Assembly (NCBI GenBank): GCA_044226625.1
Contig: JBGAGQ010000001.1
Span: forward strand, 64,001 to 128,000
Source of the DNA: Thermoanaerobaculia bacterium
GTDB taxonomy: Bacteria; Acidobacteriota; Thermoanaerobaculia; Multivoradales; UBA5704
Length of the DNA: 64,000 nt
Direction: 5' to 3'
Positions 19,288 to 29,796 of this stretch are shown here, in pieces (the first letter of the stretch is position 1; every line of letters begins with the position of its first letter). A model generated the notes under the pieces. The model saw only the letters and a program-made list of their open reading frames with translations. It had not been told where the DNA came from and did no database searches. A program made the translations under genes and the position numbers.

Positions 19288-21852
19288 ATGCCAAGACGTT
19301 TCGGTCGCCGCCTCCTCGCTCTCCTCGTTTGTGTCGCCTTCGGAGCCGTGGCCTCGCTCGGGCAGCTCCAGCCGCGAGTGCCGTTCGCGAAATCCCTGCC
19401 CGGGCCTCCCTCCGGGTCGGCCATCGACTCCGTGATGGTCAAGTTTCACGAGGGGACGCGCATCCGCTTCCGGGACCCGGATTTCGTGATCCTCGAACGC
19501 TCGCCGCGCGACGAGGATCAGTTGGCGACCCGAAAGCTCGACGACAAGCAGGTGGAGACCGATCTCCAGACCTTCCAGGGGATCCTCGCCGCGTCTCCCC
19601 TCGTCGTCGGCGTCGCGCGGACCTTCGACGCCAGCGAGCCGGTTCTCGAGCTGCGCCGCGCCGCCGGGGAGAACGCGGCGGGAAGAGAGTTGGCCGACCT
19701 CGACCTCTACGTCAGGATCGAAGTGCCCTCCGGCACCACGGCCGGCGCGGTCGCGGGCTTGATCGCTGACCTCGACGACCTCGCGAGCGTCGAGGTGGCT
19801 TACGCCGCGGCCGTACCCTCGCTGCCGACCGACCTGCCGCCGACGACTCCCGATTTCACGGTCCTCGGCTTCCAGGGCTACCTCGAGAGCGCGAGCCTGG
19901 GTGGGATCGACGCTCGCTACGCCTGGACCGTCCCCGGCGGGAAGGGGGACGGCGCCCGGGTGGTCGACGTCGAATACACCTGGCGGCTCGCGCACGAGGA
20001 CTTCCCCGCGGTCTCCTATCAGGGGGGTGCCAATACCGGCAACGGCACGGAACACGGCGACGCCGTGATCGGCATCCTCGCCGCTCCGGACAACGGTTAC
20101 GGAGTGACCGGCATCGCCCACCACGCTTCGATCGGCCTGCAGAGCGTGCTCGGCGTGGGGCTCGCGAACGCGATTCACCAGGCGGCTTTGAACGCCGGCC
20201 CCGGCGGCATCGTCCTGATCGAGCAACAGGTCGGTTCCACCCCGCCGCCAGGCTCAACCTGCCCGTGCCCGCAGGGCTTCTCCTGCATCTTTAGCCTCGT
20301 CCCGGTCGAGTACGAGCCCGCGAGCTTCGACGCGATCCACACCGCGACCGCGAACGGGGTGATCGTCGTCGAGGCCGCCGCGAACGGCTCCAACAACTTG
20401 GACGATCCCCACTACGGCGGAGCGTTCGATCGCCAGGTCCGGGATTCCGGAGCGATCCTGGTCGCGGCGAGCACGGGCGCGCCGCGCGTGCCCGTCTGCA
20501 CCACGAATTTCGGCTCTCGCGTCGACCTCCACGGCTGGGGCCGTACGATCACCACGCTCGGGTACGGCGACCTCTTCGGCTCCGGCGATCCGAGCCAGGC
20601 CTATACCGCCCTGTTCGGCGGAACCTCCGGCGCTTCGCCGATGGTGGCCGGCGCGGCCGCCGACCTGCAAGGCGCCGCGCTCGCCCACAACCTGCAGGCC
20701 CTCTCGCCCGCGGCGATGCGGCAGCTGCTGCGAAACACCGGGACGGCGCAGGCGGCGGATCCCCGGCAGATCGGTCCTCTCCCCAACCTCCATGCCGCGC
20801 TCGATCAACTGATCGGCACGACGACCGACAATCCGCCCAACCCACGCCTTTCGGTGACCTGTGCCGGTCTGTACTGCCAGGCCAACGCGAGCGGCTCGAC
20901 GGACGATTTCCCGGGCATGACGTTCAGCTTCCAGTGGGAGACCGGAGGGGCGGCGACACCGTTCTCGAGCGTCCCGAACGCCAATCACACGTACGCGGTT
21001 CCCGGGGTGATCTATCCGATCACGGTCACGGTCAAGGACAGCGCGGGCCAGACGCGGGCCGCCTCGGTCTCCGCCTGGGTCGCCGGCACGACGCCGATCG
21101 ATACGGTCGGGCTCGCTCCGGCCGACCCTGCGGCGATCGAGCTTCGCCTGTTCCACGCCGCGGGCCTCGGCCAGAACCTCCAAGTGCAGATCTCCGGCGC
21201 CACCGGCGTGGGCGTGAGCGGCGACTGGAACGGCGACGGCATCGACACAGTGGGGCGCTACGATCCGGTGACCTCGACGTTCACCTTGCGCAATTCGAAC
21301 TTCTCCGGCGCGCCGGACGTCACGTTCTCCTTCGCCGCGGGGAGCATCCTCCGGACCGACCCGCTGATTCCGATCGCCGGAGACTGGAACGGCGACGGCC
21401 GCGACACGTGCGGGCTCTACGATCCGGCGACCGGCTGGTTCTACCTGCGCAACGCCAACACCACCGGAGACGCCGAGATTTCGTTCAAGATCAACGCCCT
21501 GCTGGGCACCGGCAGCTCGGTCCGGCCGGTCGCGGGAGATTGGAACGGCGACGGCATCGACAGCGTCGGCCTCTTCGACGCGACGAGCGGCGTCTTCTTC
21601 CTGCGCAACGAAAACAGCGCGGGTGGCCCCGAGAGCATCTTCAACTTCGGTACCCCCGGAGGCGGGCTCCTGCCCGAGGCGGGGGACTGGGACGGCGACG
21701 GCTGGGACTCGATCGGAGTTTGGAATCCGGCGACCGGCCAGCACCTCCTGCGCAATCTGAACAGCGCGGGCGTCGCCGACCACCAGTTCGTCTTCACCCT
21801 CAATCAGGCGAACACCCTGCCGATCGCCGGCGATTGGGACGGAGACTTCTAG
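19288..21852 (+). CDS. secreted subtilase (S8) with pro-domain, PKD domain and GDWNGDG propeller repeats
   Basis: Triad VVDVE / EHGDAV / GTSGASP; PKD-like ASGSTDD..FQW..HTY; five GDW(N/D)GD repeats. Confidence 0.9.
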   Translation: MPRRFGRRLLALLVCVAFGAVASLGQLQPRVPFAKSLPGPPSGSAIDSVMVKFHEGTRIRFRDPDFVILERSPRDEDQLATRKLDDKQVETDLQTFQGILAASPLVVGVARTFDASEPVLELRRAAGENAAGRELADLDLYVRIEVPSGTTAGAVAGLIADLDDLASVEVAYAAAVPSLPTDLPPTTPDFTVLGFQGYLESASLGGIDARYAWTVPGGKGDGARVVDVEYTWRLAHEDFPAVSYQGGANTGNGTEHGDAVIGILAAPDNGYGVTGIAHHASIGLQSVLGVGLANAIHQAALNAGPGGIVLIEQQVGSTPPPGSTCPCPQGFSCIFSLVPVEYEPASFDAIHTATANGVIVVEAAANGSNNLDDPHYGGAFDRQVRDSGAILVAASTGAPRVPVCTTNFGSRVDLHGWGRTITTLGYGDLFGSGDPSQAYTALFGGTSGASPMVAGAAADLQGAALAHNLQALSPAAMRQLLRNTGTAQAADPRQIGPLPNLHAALDQLIGTTTDNPPNPRLSVTCAGLYCQANASGSTDDFPGMTFSFQWETGGAATPFSSVPNANHTYAVPGVIYPITVTVKDSAGQTRAASVSAWVAGTTPIDTVGLAPADPAAIELRLFHAAGLGQNLQVQISGATGVGVSGDWNGDGIDTVGRYDPVTSTFTLRNSNFSGAPDVTFSFAAGSILRTDPLIPIAGDWNGDGRDTCGLYDPATGWFYLRNANTTGDAEISFKINALLGTGSSVRPVAGDWNGDGIDSVGLFDATSGVFFLRNENSAGGPESIFNFGTPGGGLLPEAGDWDGDGWDSIGVWNPATGQHLLRNLNSAGVADHQFVFTLNQANTLPIAGDWDGDF

Positions 21853-21979
21853 CCGGCCCCCCTCCGCCCCCTTCGGGGCGCGCCTCGGACCCTTCCCCCT
21901 CGGTCCGGGGCGCGCCGCTTCGCCGTGACCGCGCACCGTCCGGCCTGATATCTTCCGCCGCGGATTCATCGCCCTCGCA

Positions 21980-22660
21980 ATGCGCGTAACCCTGCTCAAG
22001 CTGCTCGACGGGCTCACCCGCTCGGTCGACCTGCCGGAACCGATCTACGAGTTCGGGGCGTTTCGCGTGCCCGGGCAGCAGCACCTGCCGTACGTCCGCG
22101 ATTACTTCCCCGGCAAGCGCTACGTCGGCTGCGACATGCGGCCGGGCGACGGGGTGGACGAGATCCAGGACCTCCACCAGCTTTCGCTCCCCGACGCCTC
22201 GGTCGGCACCGCGATCCTGTTCGACACGATCGAGCACGTCCGCGAGCCCTGGCGCGCGACCGCCGAGGTGCTCCGCTGCCTGAAGCCGGGCGGGGTGATC
22301 CTGATGACCTCCGTCTGGTATTTCCCGATCCACGCCTACCCCGACGACTACTGGCGCTTCACCGCGAGCGCGTTCGACGCGCTGCTCAAGGACTACCACC
22401 CGATCGCGACCGCCATGTGCGGCCTGGAGAAGCTCCCCCACACGGTCGTCGGCCTCGCCGGCAAGGGGCCGATCGATCCCGCGTTCGAGGCCGAGATCCG
22501 CCGCGTCGTTGCGGCCTGGAAGCGGCACGGCGCCACGAGTTGGAAGGAGCGGGTGCTCGACTGGGCGCCGCCCGCCCTGTTGATCCCCGCCTACGGGCTC
22601 TTCCTGCGCGCGATGGCCCGAAGAACGCCGAAGCGCGCCCAACCGCCGCAGGACGGATGA
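21980..22660 (+). CDS. class I SAM-dependent methyltransferase
   Basis: EFGA, YVGCDM, IEHV..PW, LKPGG, HAYPDDYWRFT (type common in glycan loci). Confidence 0.85.
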   Translation: MRVTLLKLLDGLTRSVDLPEPIYEFGAFRVPGQQHLPYVRDYFPGKRYVGCDMRPGDGVDEIQDLHQLSLPDASVGTAILFDTIEHVREPWRATAEVLRCLKPGGVILMTSVWYFPIHAYPDDYWRFTASAFDALLKDYHPIATAMCGLEKLPHTVVGLAGKGPIDPAFEAEIRRVVAAWKRHGATSWKERVLDWAPPALLIPAYGLFLRAMARRTPKRAQPPQDG

Positions 22661-23682
22661 CGGCGCCGAGCCCTCCCTCGCCGTTCCGCGGAGAGCCCGA
22701 ACCGCTCGCCGCCCCCTCGATCGCACATCCGGTCGCCCTCTCGATCATCATCCCGAGCCGCGACACGAAAGACCTCACCCTCACCTGCCTCCATTCTCTC
22801 GGCGATCTGCCGGCCGACGTCGAAGTGCTCGTGGTCGACGACGGCAGCACCGACGGCACCGCCGAGGCGATCGCCGCCGATCCCCGGCTCCCGTGTGTGC
22901 GAACTCTCCGCTCGGAGGTGGGCACCGGCTTCACCCGCGCGGCGAACCGCGGCCTGCTCGCCGCGCGCGGCGACCTGCTCCTGCTGCTCAACAGCGACAC
23001 GGAGGTCGAAGCCGGAGGGATCGCGGTGCTCCGGGCCGCGTTCGCAGCCGACCCCAAGCTCGGCATCGCCGGCGCCGCCCTCTCGTTCCCCGACGGCCGG
23101 CCGCAATGGAGCGGCGGCGGCGCGCCGAGCGACCTCTGGCTGTTCGGCCTCGCGAGCGGCCTCCCCGCGTTCATCGGCCGCCTCGCTCCGTATCGCAGGG
23201 CGCGCCCGCTCCGCCGGGCGGGCGAGGTCGAATGGGTCACCGGCGCCGCGCTCTGCGTGCGCCGCGCCGCGGTCGAACCGATAGGGGCCCCCGGGCCTCT
23301 CGACGAGCGCTATCGGTTCTACGCCCAAGACCTCGACCTCTGCCTGACCGTGCGAGAGCGCGGGTGGAAGGTCGCGATCCTGCCGGAGTTCCACGTCCTC
23401 CATCACCACGGCGCCACGATCCGCCAAGACGGCGGGACGAGCTCGGACCAGAAACATCCGGAGCTCTTGCTCACCGACCTCCTGCTCGCCGCGGCGAAGC
23501 ACCGCGGGACTTCCGGAGCCGCCGCCGCCCGCCGCGCCCTGCGCGCGGGAGCCGCCCTGCGCGCGCTCGGTCGGATGGTCCACCGTCCTTTCGTCCGCGC
23601 CGCCGACCGCGCCGCCTGGACCGCCGACGACGAGGCGTTTCGCCGCGCCCGCTGCGCCCTTTCCGGCGCGCGAATCCCATAG
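22657..23682 (+). CDS. GT2 glycosyltransferase (WbbL-like)
   Basis: SIIIP, VVDDGSTDGT, LLLNSD, WVTGAAL; ATGA overlap at 22657. Confidence 0.88.
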   Translation: MTAPSPPSPFRGEPEPLAAPSIAHPVALSIIIPSRDTKDLTLTCLHSLGDLPADVEVLVVDDGSTDGTAEAIAADPRLPCVRTLRSEVGTGFTRAANRGLLAARGDLLLLLNSDTEVEAGGIAVLRAAFAADPKLGIAGAALSFPDGRPQWSGGGAPSDLWLFGLASGLPAFIGRLAPYRRARPLRRAGEVEWVTGAALCVRRAAVEPIGAPGPLDERYRFYAQDLDLCLTVRERGWKVAILPEFHVLHHHGATIRQDGGTSSDQKHPELLLTDLLLAAAKHRGTSGAAAARRALRAGAALRALGRMVHRPFVRAADRAAWTADDEAFRRARCALSGARIP

Positions 23683-23777
23683 AATCCGCGCCACTGCCCC
23701 GGCGGCTCGTTCGTATGCCGCTCGGCCGGCCTGTCTTTTCCACGCCGGTTTCCACTTTCGCCCCCCGGGAGGCTCCA

Positions 23778-25211
23778 ATGAAACATCGGGTCGCGTTCGC
23801 CTTGCTCCTTGCGCTGTCTTGCCTGCCGGCCTCCGCCACGTGCGGCGGCGGAGGAGGGGGCGGCGTCGGCGGCATCGCCCCCGCGCCGCAGGGCTTCCCG
23901 CAGGACGACCTCGCGACCTATCGCGTGCCGTGGAAGGTGCTCGCTCCCGGCGATCCCGCCCCGGAGGGGACGTGGGTCCTCTACTGGTTCCCGATCTCGC
24001 CCGAGGAAGCGCGCGGCTCGGAGCTGCAGAGCTCCCGCATCCTCACCCTGGCGGCCGGCCGCTGCGTCGGCATGGCCCTCGTGCCGGCGAACCTCGCGGA
24101 TCTGCAAACGCGCTTCCAGGTCGCCGGGGACACGGCGACCGCGGTGCTCGCCGGCGCCGACGGCAAGGAGATCGCCCGCGCCTCGATCCGCCCCGGCCAG
24201 CCGCTCGGCCGCGCCGACGTCGAAAAGATCGTCGACAAGGCGCTCTCGCAGCGCGAGGACGAGCTCGACGCCCAGCTCGACGCGGCGAAAGCGAAGGAGA
24301 AGAGCGGCGACAAGGACGGCGCGGCCACCCTCTACCAGCAGGTCTGGGAGCAGCGCTGCATGGTCCCGAAGCTCGGCAAGAAAGCCGCCAAGGCGCTCGA
24401 CAAGCTCGGCAAGCCGGTGCCGAAGGACGCGCGCCTCGACCTGCCGTTCGCCGATCCGAGCCGTTCGACGGAGACCCGCGTCGCCAGGGCGCTCGCCATC
24501 GGGCTCCGCGCCGAGGACGCCCTCGACCTGCCCGCCGCCGCCAAGGCCTACGAGGCGGCGCGCCGGCTCGATCCGGGCGATCCCGTGCCGCTGCGTTACC
24601 TGGGCGAGCTCTACCGCCACCACACCGGCGAGTGGGACAAGGCGCGCGCGGCGTTCCACCGGCTGCTCGACCTCGGCGGCGACCCGCTGTCGCGCGCCGT
24701 CGCCCTCCACGGCCTCGGCAAGATGACCATCCACGACGGCGAGTTCCAGAAGGGCGTCGACCTGTTCGTACAGTCGGTCGCCACCTTCCCGCTCGCAATC
24801 ACCTACCGCAACCTCGCCGTCTACTGGAACTCCGAGGGGCAGTTCGACAAGGCGTACGGCTTCGTCCAGAAGGCGATGGCGCTCGATCCCGACGACACCT
24901 ACAACCAGGTCTTCGCCGCCACCTATCTGGTCAACCTCGGCCACCCGGACGAGGCCGCGCGCATCGCGCGGGAGAACGAGTCGCTCCTGCCCGCCTCCTA
25001 CAACCTGGCGGCGATCTGGGCGCAGCTGGGCCAGAGCGAGAAGGCGCTCGAGCTCCTCACCCGCCATTTCTTCCGCTACGAGCGCGTCGACGCGGTGCGC
25101 GCCAAGGAGATGGAAGAGGCGCGCGTCGACGCCGTGTTCGTGTCGCTGCGCGAGAACCCGAAGTTCGTCGACCTGATCAAGAACGCCGACCACGCGACCG
25201 GGATGCGCTGA
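23778..25211 (+). CDS. exported TPR protein with TCGGGGGGG N-terminus and thioredoxin-like domain
   Basis: GGAGG RBS, signal peptide, TPR repeats in the C-terminal half. Confidence 0.8.
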   Translation: MKHRVAFALLLALSCLPASATCGGGGGGGVGGIAPAPQGFPQDDLATYRVPWKVLAPGDPAPEGTWVLYWFPISPEEARGSELQSSRILTLAAGRCVGMALVPANLADLQTRFQVAGDTATAVLAGADGKEIARASIRPGQPLGRADVEKIVDKALSQREDELDAQLDAAKAKEKSGDKDGAATLYQQVWEQRCMVPKLGKKAAKALDKLGKPVPKDARLDLPFADPSRSTETRVARALAIGLRAEDALDLPAAAKAYEAARRLDPGDPVPLRYLGELYRHHTGEWDKARAAFHRLLDLGGDPLSRAVALHGLGKMTIHDGEFQKGVDLFVQSVATFPLAITYRNLAVYWNSEGQFDKAYGFVQKAMALDPDDTYNQVFAATYLVNLGHPDEAARIARENESLLPASYNLAAIWAQLGQSEKALELLTRHFFRYERVDAVRAKEMEEARVDAVFVSLRENPKFVDLIKNADHATGMR

Positions 25212-25246
25212 CGCTCCCTCCGAGGAACGAGGCGACGACAAGCCGA

Positions 25247-26011
25247 ATGACCGAGCTTCTCCGCTACCGCGACCTGATCCGCGTTCTGGTCGAACGCGAT
25301 CTGAAGGTCCGTTACCGCCGCTCGGCGTTCGGCTTCCTCTGGACGATGCTCCAGCCGCTCCTGATGATGCTGGTCTTCACCATGGTGTTCTCGTCGATCT
25401 TCGGCTCGGACCGGCCGGGGTACTGGATCTACGCCCTGGCCGGGATCCTGTTCTGGAACTTCTTTTCCCAGTCGATCGTCGCCTCGATGAACAGCCTGCG
25501 CGGCAACGCGCAGCTGCTCCAGAAGTTGCCGGTGCCGAAGGTGGTCTTCCCGCTCTCGACCGTGATCTCGGGCGTGATCAACCTCGCGCTCGCGTTGATC
25601 CCGCTGTTCCTGATCCTGATCTTCTCGGGCCACCGGCCGGGATGGTCGATCCTGTTCCTGCCGGTCGCCATCCTGCTCGCCGCGCTGTTCACGCTCGGCG
25701 CGGGGCTGCTGCTCTCACCTCTCGCCGTTTTCTTCTCCGACGTGGTCGAGCTGATCGGCGTCCTGCTCACCCTGCTCATGTACCTCACGCCGGTCATCTA
25801 CCCGTACGAGATCGTTCCCGAGCACGTGCGCTGGATCGTCCGGTTCAATCCGCTGCGCTCGATCCTCGAGATCTTCCGCGACCCGATCTACCTGCAGAAG
25901 GTCCCGCCGATGACGCACATCGCGGTCTCGGCCGGAATCGCGATCGTGGCGCTCGGCATCGGCATCTGGGCGTTCCGCAAGTCGAGCGACCGGATCCCGT
26001 TCTACGTCTAG
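25247..26011 (+). CDS. wzm: polysaccharide ABC exporter permease
   Basis: RDLKVRYRRSAFGFLWTMLQPL, YLTPVIYP, NPL. Confidence 0.9.
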   Translation: MTELLRYRDLIRVLVERDLKVRYRRSAFGFLWTMLQPLLMMLVFTMVFSSIFGSDRPGYWIYALAGILFWNFFSQSIVASMNSLRGNAQLLQKLPVPKVVFPLSTVISGVINLALALIPLFLILIFSGHRPGWSILFLPVAILLAALFTLGAGLLLSPLAVFFSDVVELIGVLLTLLMYLTPVIYPYEIVPEHVRWIVRFNPLRSILEIFRDPIYLQKVPPMTHIAVSAGIAIVALGIGIWAFRKSSDRIPFYV

Positions 26012-26044
26012 CGTCGTCGAGCCTCGCCGAACGAAGCGTCCGCC

Positions 26045-26857
26045 ATGTCCAAGACTCCAGGCTCCGACCTGCGCATCCGGCTCGACGACGTGTCGCTCTG
26101 CTACCGGCTCGCCAAGCAGCGCATCCCGTCGTTCAAGGACTACGCGATCCACCTGATGAAGGGCGCCCTCTCCTACGAGAAGCTCTGGGCGCTCTCCGGC
26201 GTGAGCTTCTCGGTGCGCGACGGCGAGACGGTCGGCATCATCGGCCGAAACGGCGCGGGCAAGAGCACCCTGCTCAAGGTGATCTCCGGCGTGCTCAAGC
26301 CGAGCGCCGGCCGCCGGGAGGTCGACGGCCTCGTGGTGCCGATTCTCGAGCTCGGTACCGGCTTCGACCACGAGCTTTCCGGACTCGAAAACATCTACCT
26401 GAACGCCCTGCTGCTCGGGCGCAAGCGGCGCGAGATCGACCTCGCGCTCGACCGGATCATCGAGTTTTCCGGACTCGGCGATTTCGTTCGGGCGCCGATC
26501 CGCAACTATTCCTCCGGGATGGTCGCGCGGCTCGGATTCTCGATCGCGACCGCCTGGCTGCCCGACGTGCTCATCCTCGACGAGGTGCTCTCGGTGGGCG
26601 ACGCCGCGTTCACCCGCCGTTGCGAAGACCGAATTGCCGAGTTTCACGACGCGGGAACGACGATCCTGCTCGTCTCGCACAGCGAGGCGGCGATCCGCCG
26701 CAGCTGCGGCCGCTGTCTCTGGCTCGATGCCGGCCGCCTGCGCGGCGACGGACCGACCGACGAGGTCCTCGCCTCCTACTCCGGCGACTCCCAGGGAACC
26801 GAGCCGGCGGCGCGCGAGGTCGGCCAGCTCCACCCCGAGGAGCTGCCGCGCGGGTAG
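26045..26857 (+). CDS. wzt: polysaccharide ABC exporter ATPase (no C-terminal carbohydrate-binding domain)
   Basis: GRNGAGKST, YSSGMVARLGF, ILDEVLSVGD. Confidence 0.9.
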   Translation: MSKTPGSDLRIRLDDVSLCYRLAKQRIPSFKDYAIHLMKGALSYEKLWALSGVSFSVRDGETVGIIGRNGAGKSTLLKVISGVLKPSAGRREVDGLVVPILELGTGFDHELSGLENIYLNALLLGRKRREIDLALDRIIEFSGLGDFVRAPIRNYSSGMVARLGFSIATAWLPDVLILDEVLSVGDAAFTRRCEDRIAEFHDAGTTILLVSHSEAAIRRSCGRCLWLDAGRLRGDGPTDEVLASYSGDSQGTEPAAREVGQLHPEELPRG

Positions 26858-26885
26858 GATCCTCGTCCAGCTCAGGAGGAAACCC

Positions 26886-27281
26886 ATGCCCCCCGAACGA
26901 ATCAACGTCCCCGGCCTCGGCCGGCTCCCGGCGTTCTGCCACGCGGTGATCGCGGGCGATCTGATTTACGTCTCCGGCACCCTCGGTACCGTCGGCGACA
27001 CCTTCGATCTCGTCCCGGGAGGAACGGGACCCGAGACCGAGCAGGCCCTGCGCAACGTCGAGCGAATCCTCGCCGCCTGCGGCGCGACGTTCGCCGACCT
27101 GGTGAAGGTGAACGTCTACCTCCATGACATCGGCACCTTCGCCGAGATGAATGCCGCCTATCTCGCCCTCGTCGCCGGACCCGGCGGCGAGCCCCCCGCG
27201 CGGATCACCGTCGGCGGCGCCGTCCTCGCCCTCGGCGCCGCGGTCGAGATCGACGCCGTCGCCTTGAAGCCCAACCGTTGA
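26886..27281 (+). CDS. RidA/YjgF family protein
   Basis: AGGAGG RBS; IYVSG, VKVNVYL, PARITV, VEID. Confidence 0.88.
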   Translation: MPPERINVPGLGRLPAFCHAVIAGDLIYVSGTLGTVGDTFDLVPGGTGPETEQALRNVERILAACGATFADLVKVNVYLHDIGTFAEMNAAYLALVAGPGGEPPARITVGGAVLALGAAVEIDAVALKPNR

Positions 27282-27292
27282 GGAGGCCTCGC

Positions 27293-27877
27293 ATGCGCAA
27301 CCGGTCGCTCCCCTCGCTTCGCTCCCTCCGACCCACGCTCCCGCTCCTCGCCCTGACCCTTGCGGGCGCTTTGTTACCGTTCTCCGCAACGTCCCAGGCT
27401 GCGACGGCCAAGGGGACCACCACGTTCGTTCTCGTCCGCCATGCCGAGAAAGCGACCGACCATCCCACGGATCCCACCCTCTCCTCCGCGGGCGCGGAGC
27501 GGGCCCGGGATCTCGCCCGGGTGCTCGACGGAGCGGGGCTCTCGGCGGTCTACGTCACCGAGTACAAGCGCACGAGCCTCACGGCCGAGCCGACGGCCCA
27601 GCACTTCGACCTCACGCCCGTGTCGCGGCCGCGCGCCCAGATGACCCCCGAGGCCTACGCCGCCGACCTGGCGCCGAAGCTGGTGAAGAAGCACGCCGGC
27701 CAGGCCGTGCTGATCGTCGGCCACAGCGACACCGTGCCCGCGCTGGTGAAAGCCCTCACCGGCCAGACCGTGCCACCGATCGCCGAGACCGAGTTCGACC
27801 GGCTCTACCTCGTCGAGGTGCCGAAGACCGGCGCCGCGCGCGTGATCGCCGCGCGTTACGGCAAACCGGCCCCCTGA
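27293..27877 (+). CDS. exported histidine phosphatase (SixA/PGM family)
   Basis: Signal peptide, LVRHAEK, IVGHS. Confidence 0.88.
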   Translation: MRNRSLPSLRSLRPTLPLLALTLAGALLPFSATSQAATAKGTTTFVLVRHAEKATDHPTDPTLSSAGAERARDLARVLDGAGLSAVYVTEYKRTSLTAEPTAQHFDLTPVSRPRAQMTPEAYAADLAPKLVKKHAGQAVLIVGHSDTVPALVKALTGQTVPPIAETEFDRLYLVEVPKTGAARVIAARYGKPAP

Positions 27878-27982
27878 GGCCGGGACGGGCAGGCCAACGT
27901 TAGACGCCCGAGCTTCGTAACGCCGGGCCCCTTCGGGGATCGTTCTCCTAGGAGCGACGGCCGCACGCCGCGCCCGGGACCC

Positions 27983-28495
27983 ATGATCGACTTCTCGAGC
28001 CTGTTCCAGACCTACGCCCCCGACCTGCACCGGTTCGCCCTCTACCTCTCGGGCAACCCCGCGCTCGCGGACGACCTCGTGTCGGAGACCTTCGTCCGGC
28101 TCTGGAATGCGCAGAAGCGGGTCGACCTCGCGACCGTGCGCGGCTACCTGTTCGCCATCCTCCGCAACCTCTATCTCCAGGACCTCCGGCGCTCCTCCCG
28201 CGCGACCGAGCTCGACGACAGCGCCCACGATCCGGCCCCCGGGCCCGACCGGCAGGCCGAGAGTCGCGCCGAGCTCGACGCGGTTCTCGCGGCGCTCCAG
28301 GAGCTTCCGGAGGTCGACCGCTCCGCCCTGCTCCTGCGCGCCCAAGGGAACATGCCCTACGAAGAGATCGGCGCCGCCCTCGGCCTCGCGCCCGCTTCCG
28401 TCCGCGTGCGCGTCCACCGCGCCCGCCTCAAGCTCGCCACGGCCCGACGGGAGGGGCGCCTCCACTCCTCCACGAGAAAGGAACGAACGTCATGA
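27983..28495 (+). CDS. ECF sigma-70 factor
   Basis: ADDLVSETFVRLW (region 2); YEEIG..LG...VRVRVHRAR (region 4). Confidence 0.92.
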   Translation: MIDFSSLFQTYAPDLHRFALYLSGNPALADDLVSETFVRLWNAQKRVDLATVRGYLFAILRNLYLQDLRRSSRATELDDSAHDPAPGPDRQAESRAELDAVLAALQELPEVDRSALLLRAQGNMPYEEIGAALGLAPASVRVRVHRARLKLATARREGRLHSSTRKERTS

Positions 28496-28911
28496 ACGTC
28501 ACCCGCGACGTGGTGAAAGACCTGCTCACCGTCTACCTCGCCGGAGAGGCGAGCGCCGACACCCGCGCCCTGGTCGAGGAATACCTCCAAACCGACTCCG
28601 ACCTCGCGGCCGACGTCGCCGCCGCCCGCTTCGAAGCCCTCCCCCTTCCCGACGCCTCGCTCCTGCCAACCGACGCTGAGAAGGAAGCGCTCGAGAAGAC
28701 CCGCCAGATGCTCAAGTCGCGCACCTCGACGCTCGTCGTGGCGACCCTCTTCTCCGTCCTGCCGCTGAGCTTCGTCTTCCACGGATCGAAAATCACCTTC
28801 CTCTTGATCCGCGACGCCCCGGTCGTCGGCCTCGCCTGGTGGGCGACGGCCGCGGTGATGTGGGCCTGGCACATCGCGGTGCGGCGGCGGCTCAAGGTTT
28901 CGGGGCTGTAG
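28492..28911 (+). CDS. putative anti-sigma factor (zf-HC2-like N-terminus lacking His/Cys ligands, 2 TM)
   Basis: Overlaps the sigma gene; VVKDLLTVYLAGEASADTRALVEEYL; two hydrophobic segments. Confidence 0.75.
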   Translation: MNVTRDVVKDLLTVYLAGEASADTRALVEEYLQTDSDLAADVAAARFEALPLPDASLLPTDAEKEALEKTRQMLKSRTSTLVVATLFSVLPLSFVFHGSKITFLLIRDAPVVGLAWWATAAVMWAWHIAVRRRLKVSGL

Positions 28912-28986
28912 ACGAGCGCCCGACTCGATCCGGGGCGATAGACTCCGCTCCTCCAAGTCTTGAAGCGACCGGCAGCGAGGCGACCG

Positions 28987-29553
28987 ATGGACGCTCCCAA
29001 CTTTCGCGTGACGATCCACATGGTGGCGAGCCTCGACGGCTTCGTCGCCCGCAGGGACGGCAGCACCGATTGGCTCGAAACCGCCGACGAATTCGCCGAC
29101 GGCGAAACGCTCGACCCCGAATTCGTGGAGTCCTTCCTCCGCTCGATCGACTGCTACGTCATGGGCTCGCGGACCTACGAGACCGCCTTGGGCTTCGAAG
29201 CGAAGGGGTACGGCTGGGCCTACGGCGACAAGCCCGTCTTCGTCCTCACCCACCGCGACCTGCCGCGGACCCGTGAGACCATCGAATTTCACGCCGGCGA
29301 TCTCGCCTCGTTCGTCAACGACCGCCTCCGCCTCGCCTACCGCTCCGTCTGGTTCGTCGGCGGAGGAGCCCTCTCCGCCGACTGTCTCCGCTCCGGCCTC
29401 GCCGACGAAGTCCGCTACTCGATCGTGCCGATCCTGATCGGCGACGGAATCCCCTTCTTCGACCGCCTCAACCGGGACGTCCCCCTCCACCTCGCCGAAG
29501 TCAAAGCCTACAAAAGCGGCATGGTCGGGCTGCGGTATGAGGTCCGGCGGTAG
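28987..29553 (+). CDS. dihydrofolate reductase/RibD C-terminal family protein
   Basis: SLDGFVA, MGSRTYE, VGGG, PILIGDGIPFF. Confidence 0.9.
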   Translation: MDAPNFRVTIHMVASLDGFVARRDGSTDWLETADEFADGETLDPEFVESFLRSIDCYVMGSRTYETALGFEAKGYGWAYGDKPVFVLTHRDLPRTRETIEFHAGDLASFVNDRLRLAYRSVWFVGGGALSADCLRSGLADEVRYSIVPILIGDGIPFFDRLNRDVPLHLAEVKAYKSGMVGLRYEVRR

Positions 29554-29796
29554 GAAGCAAGGGTCAGATCAAAAAAAGCAGGGCGACGATAGGGGCTTCC
29601 CGCGCGTTTGCCGCGGGTGACTGTATGGGATCAAGCGACGCTCAGGCTCCCAGGCACGGCGCCGTGTCGACTCCTTCTCTGCTTCTATCGCATATACTCT
29701 GCGGGTCGCCCCACCTATCCAGCATCAACCCGTCGCCGCAGATCCCTGCGCTGGCGTTCGCAGGAGTTTTTATCTCCAACCCCGGGGAGAAAGCGC

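Noticed and set aside
21220-21850. Repeated GACTGGAACGGCGACGGC motif
   Set aside because: Encodes the GDWNGDG propeller repeats of the S8 protease
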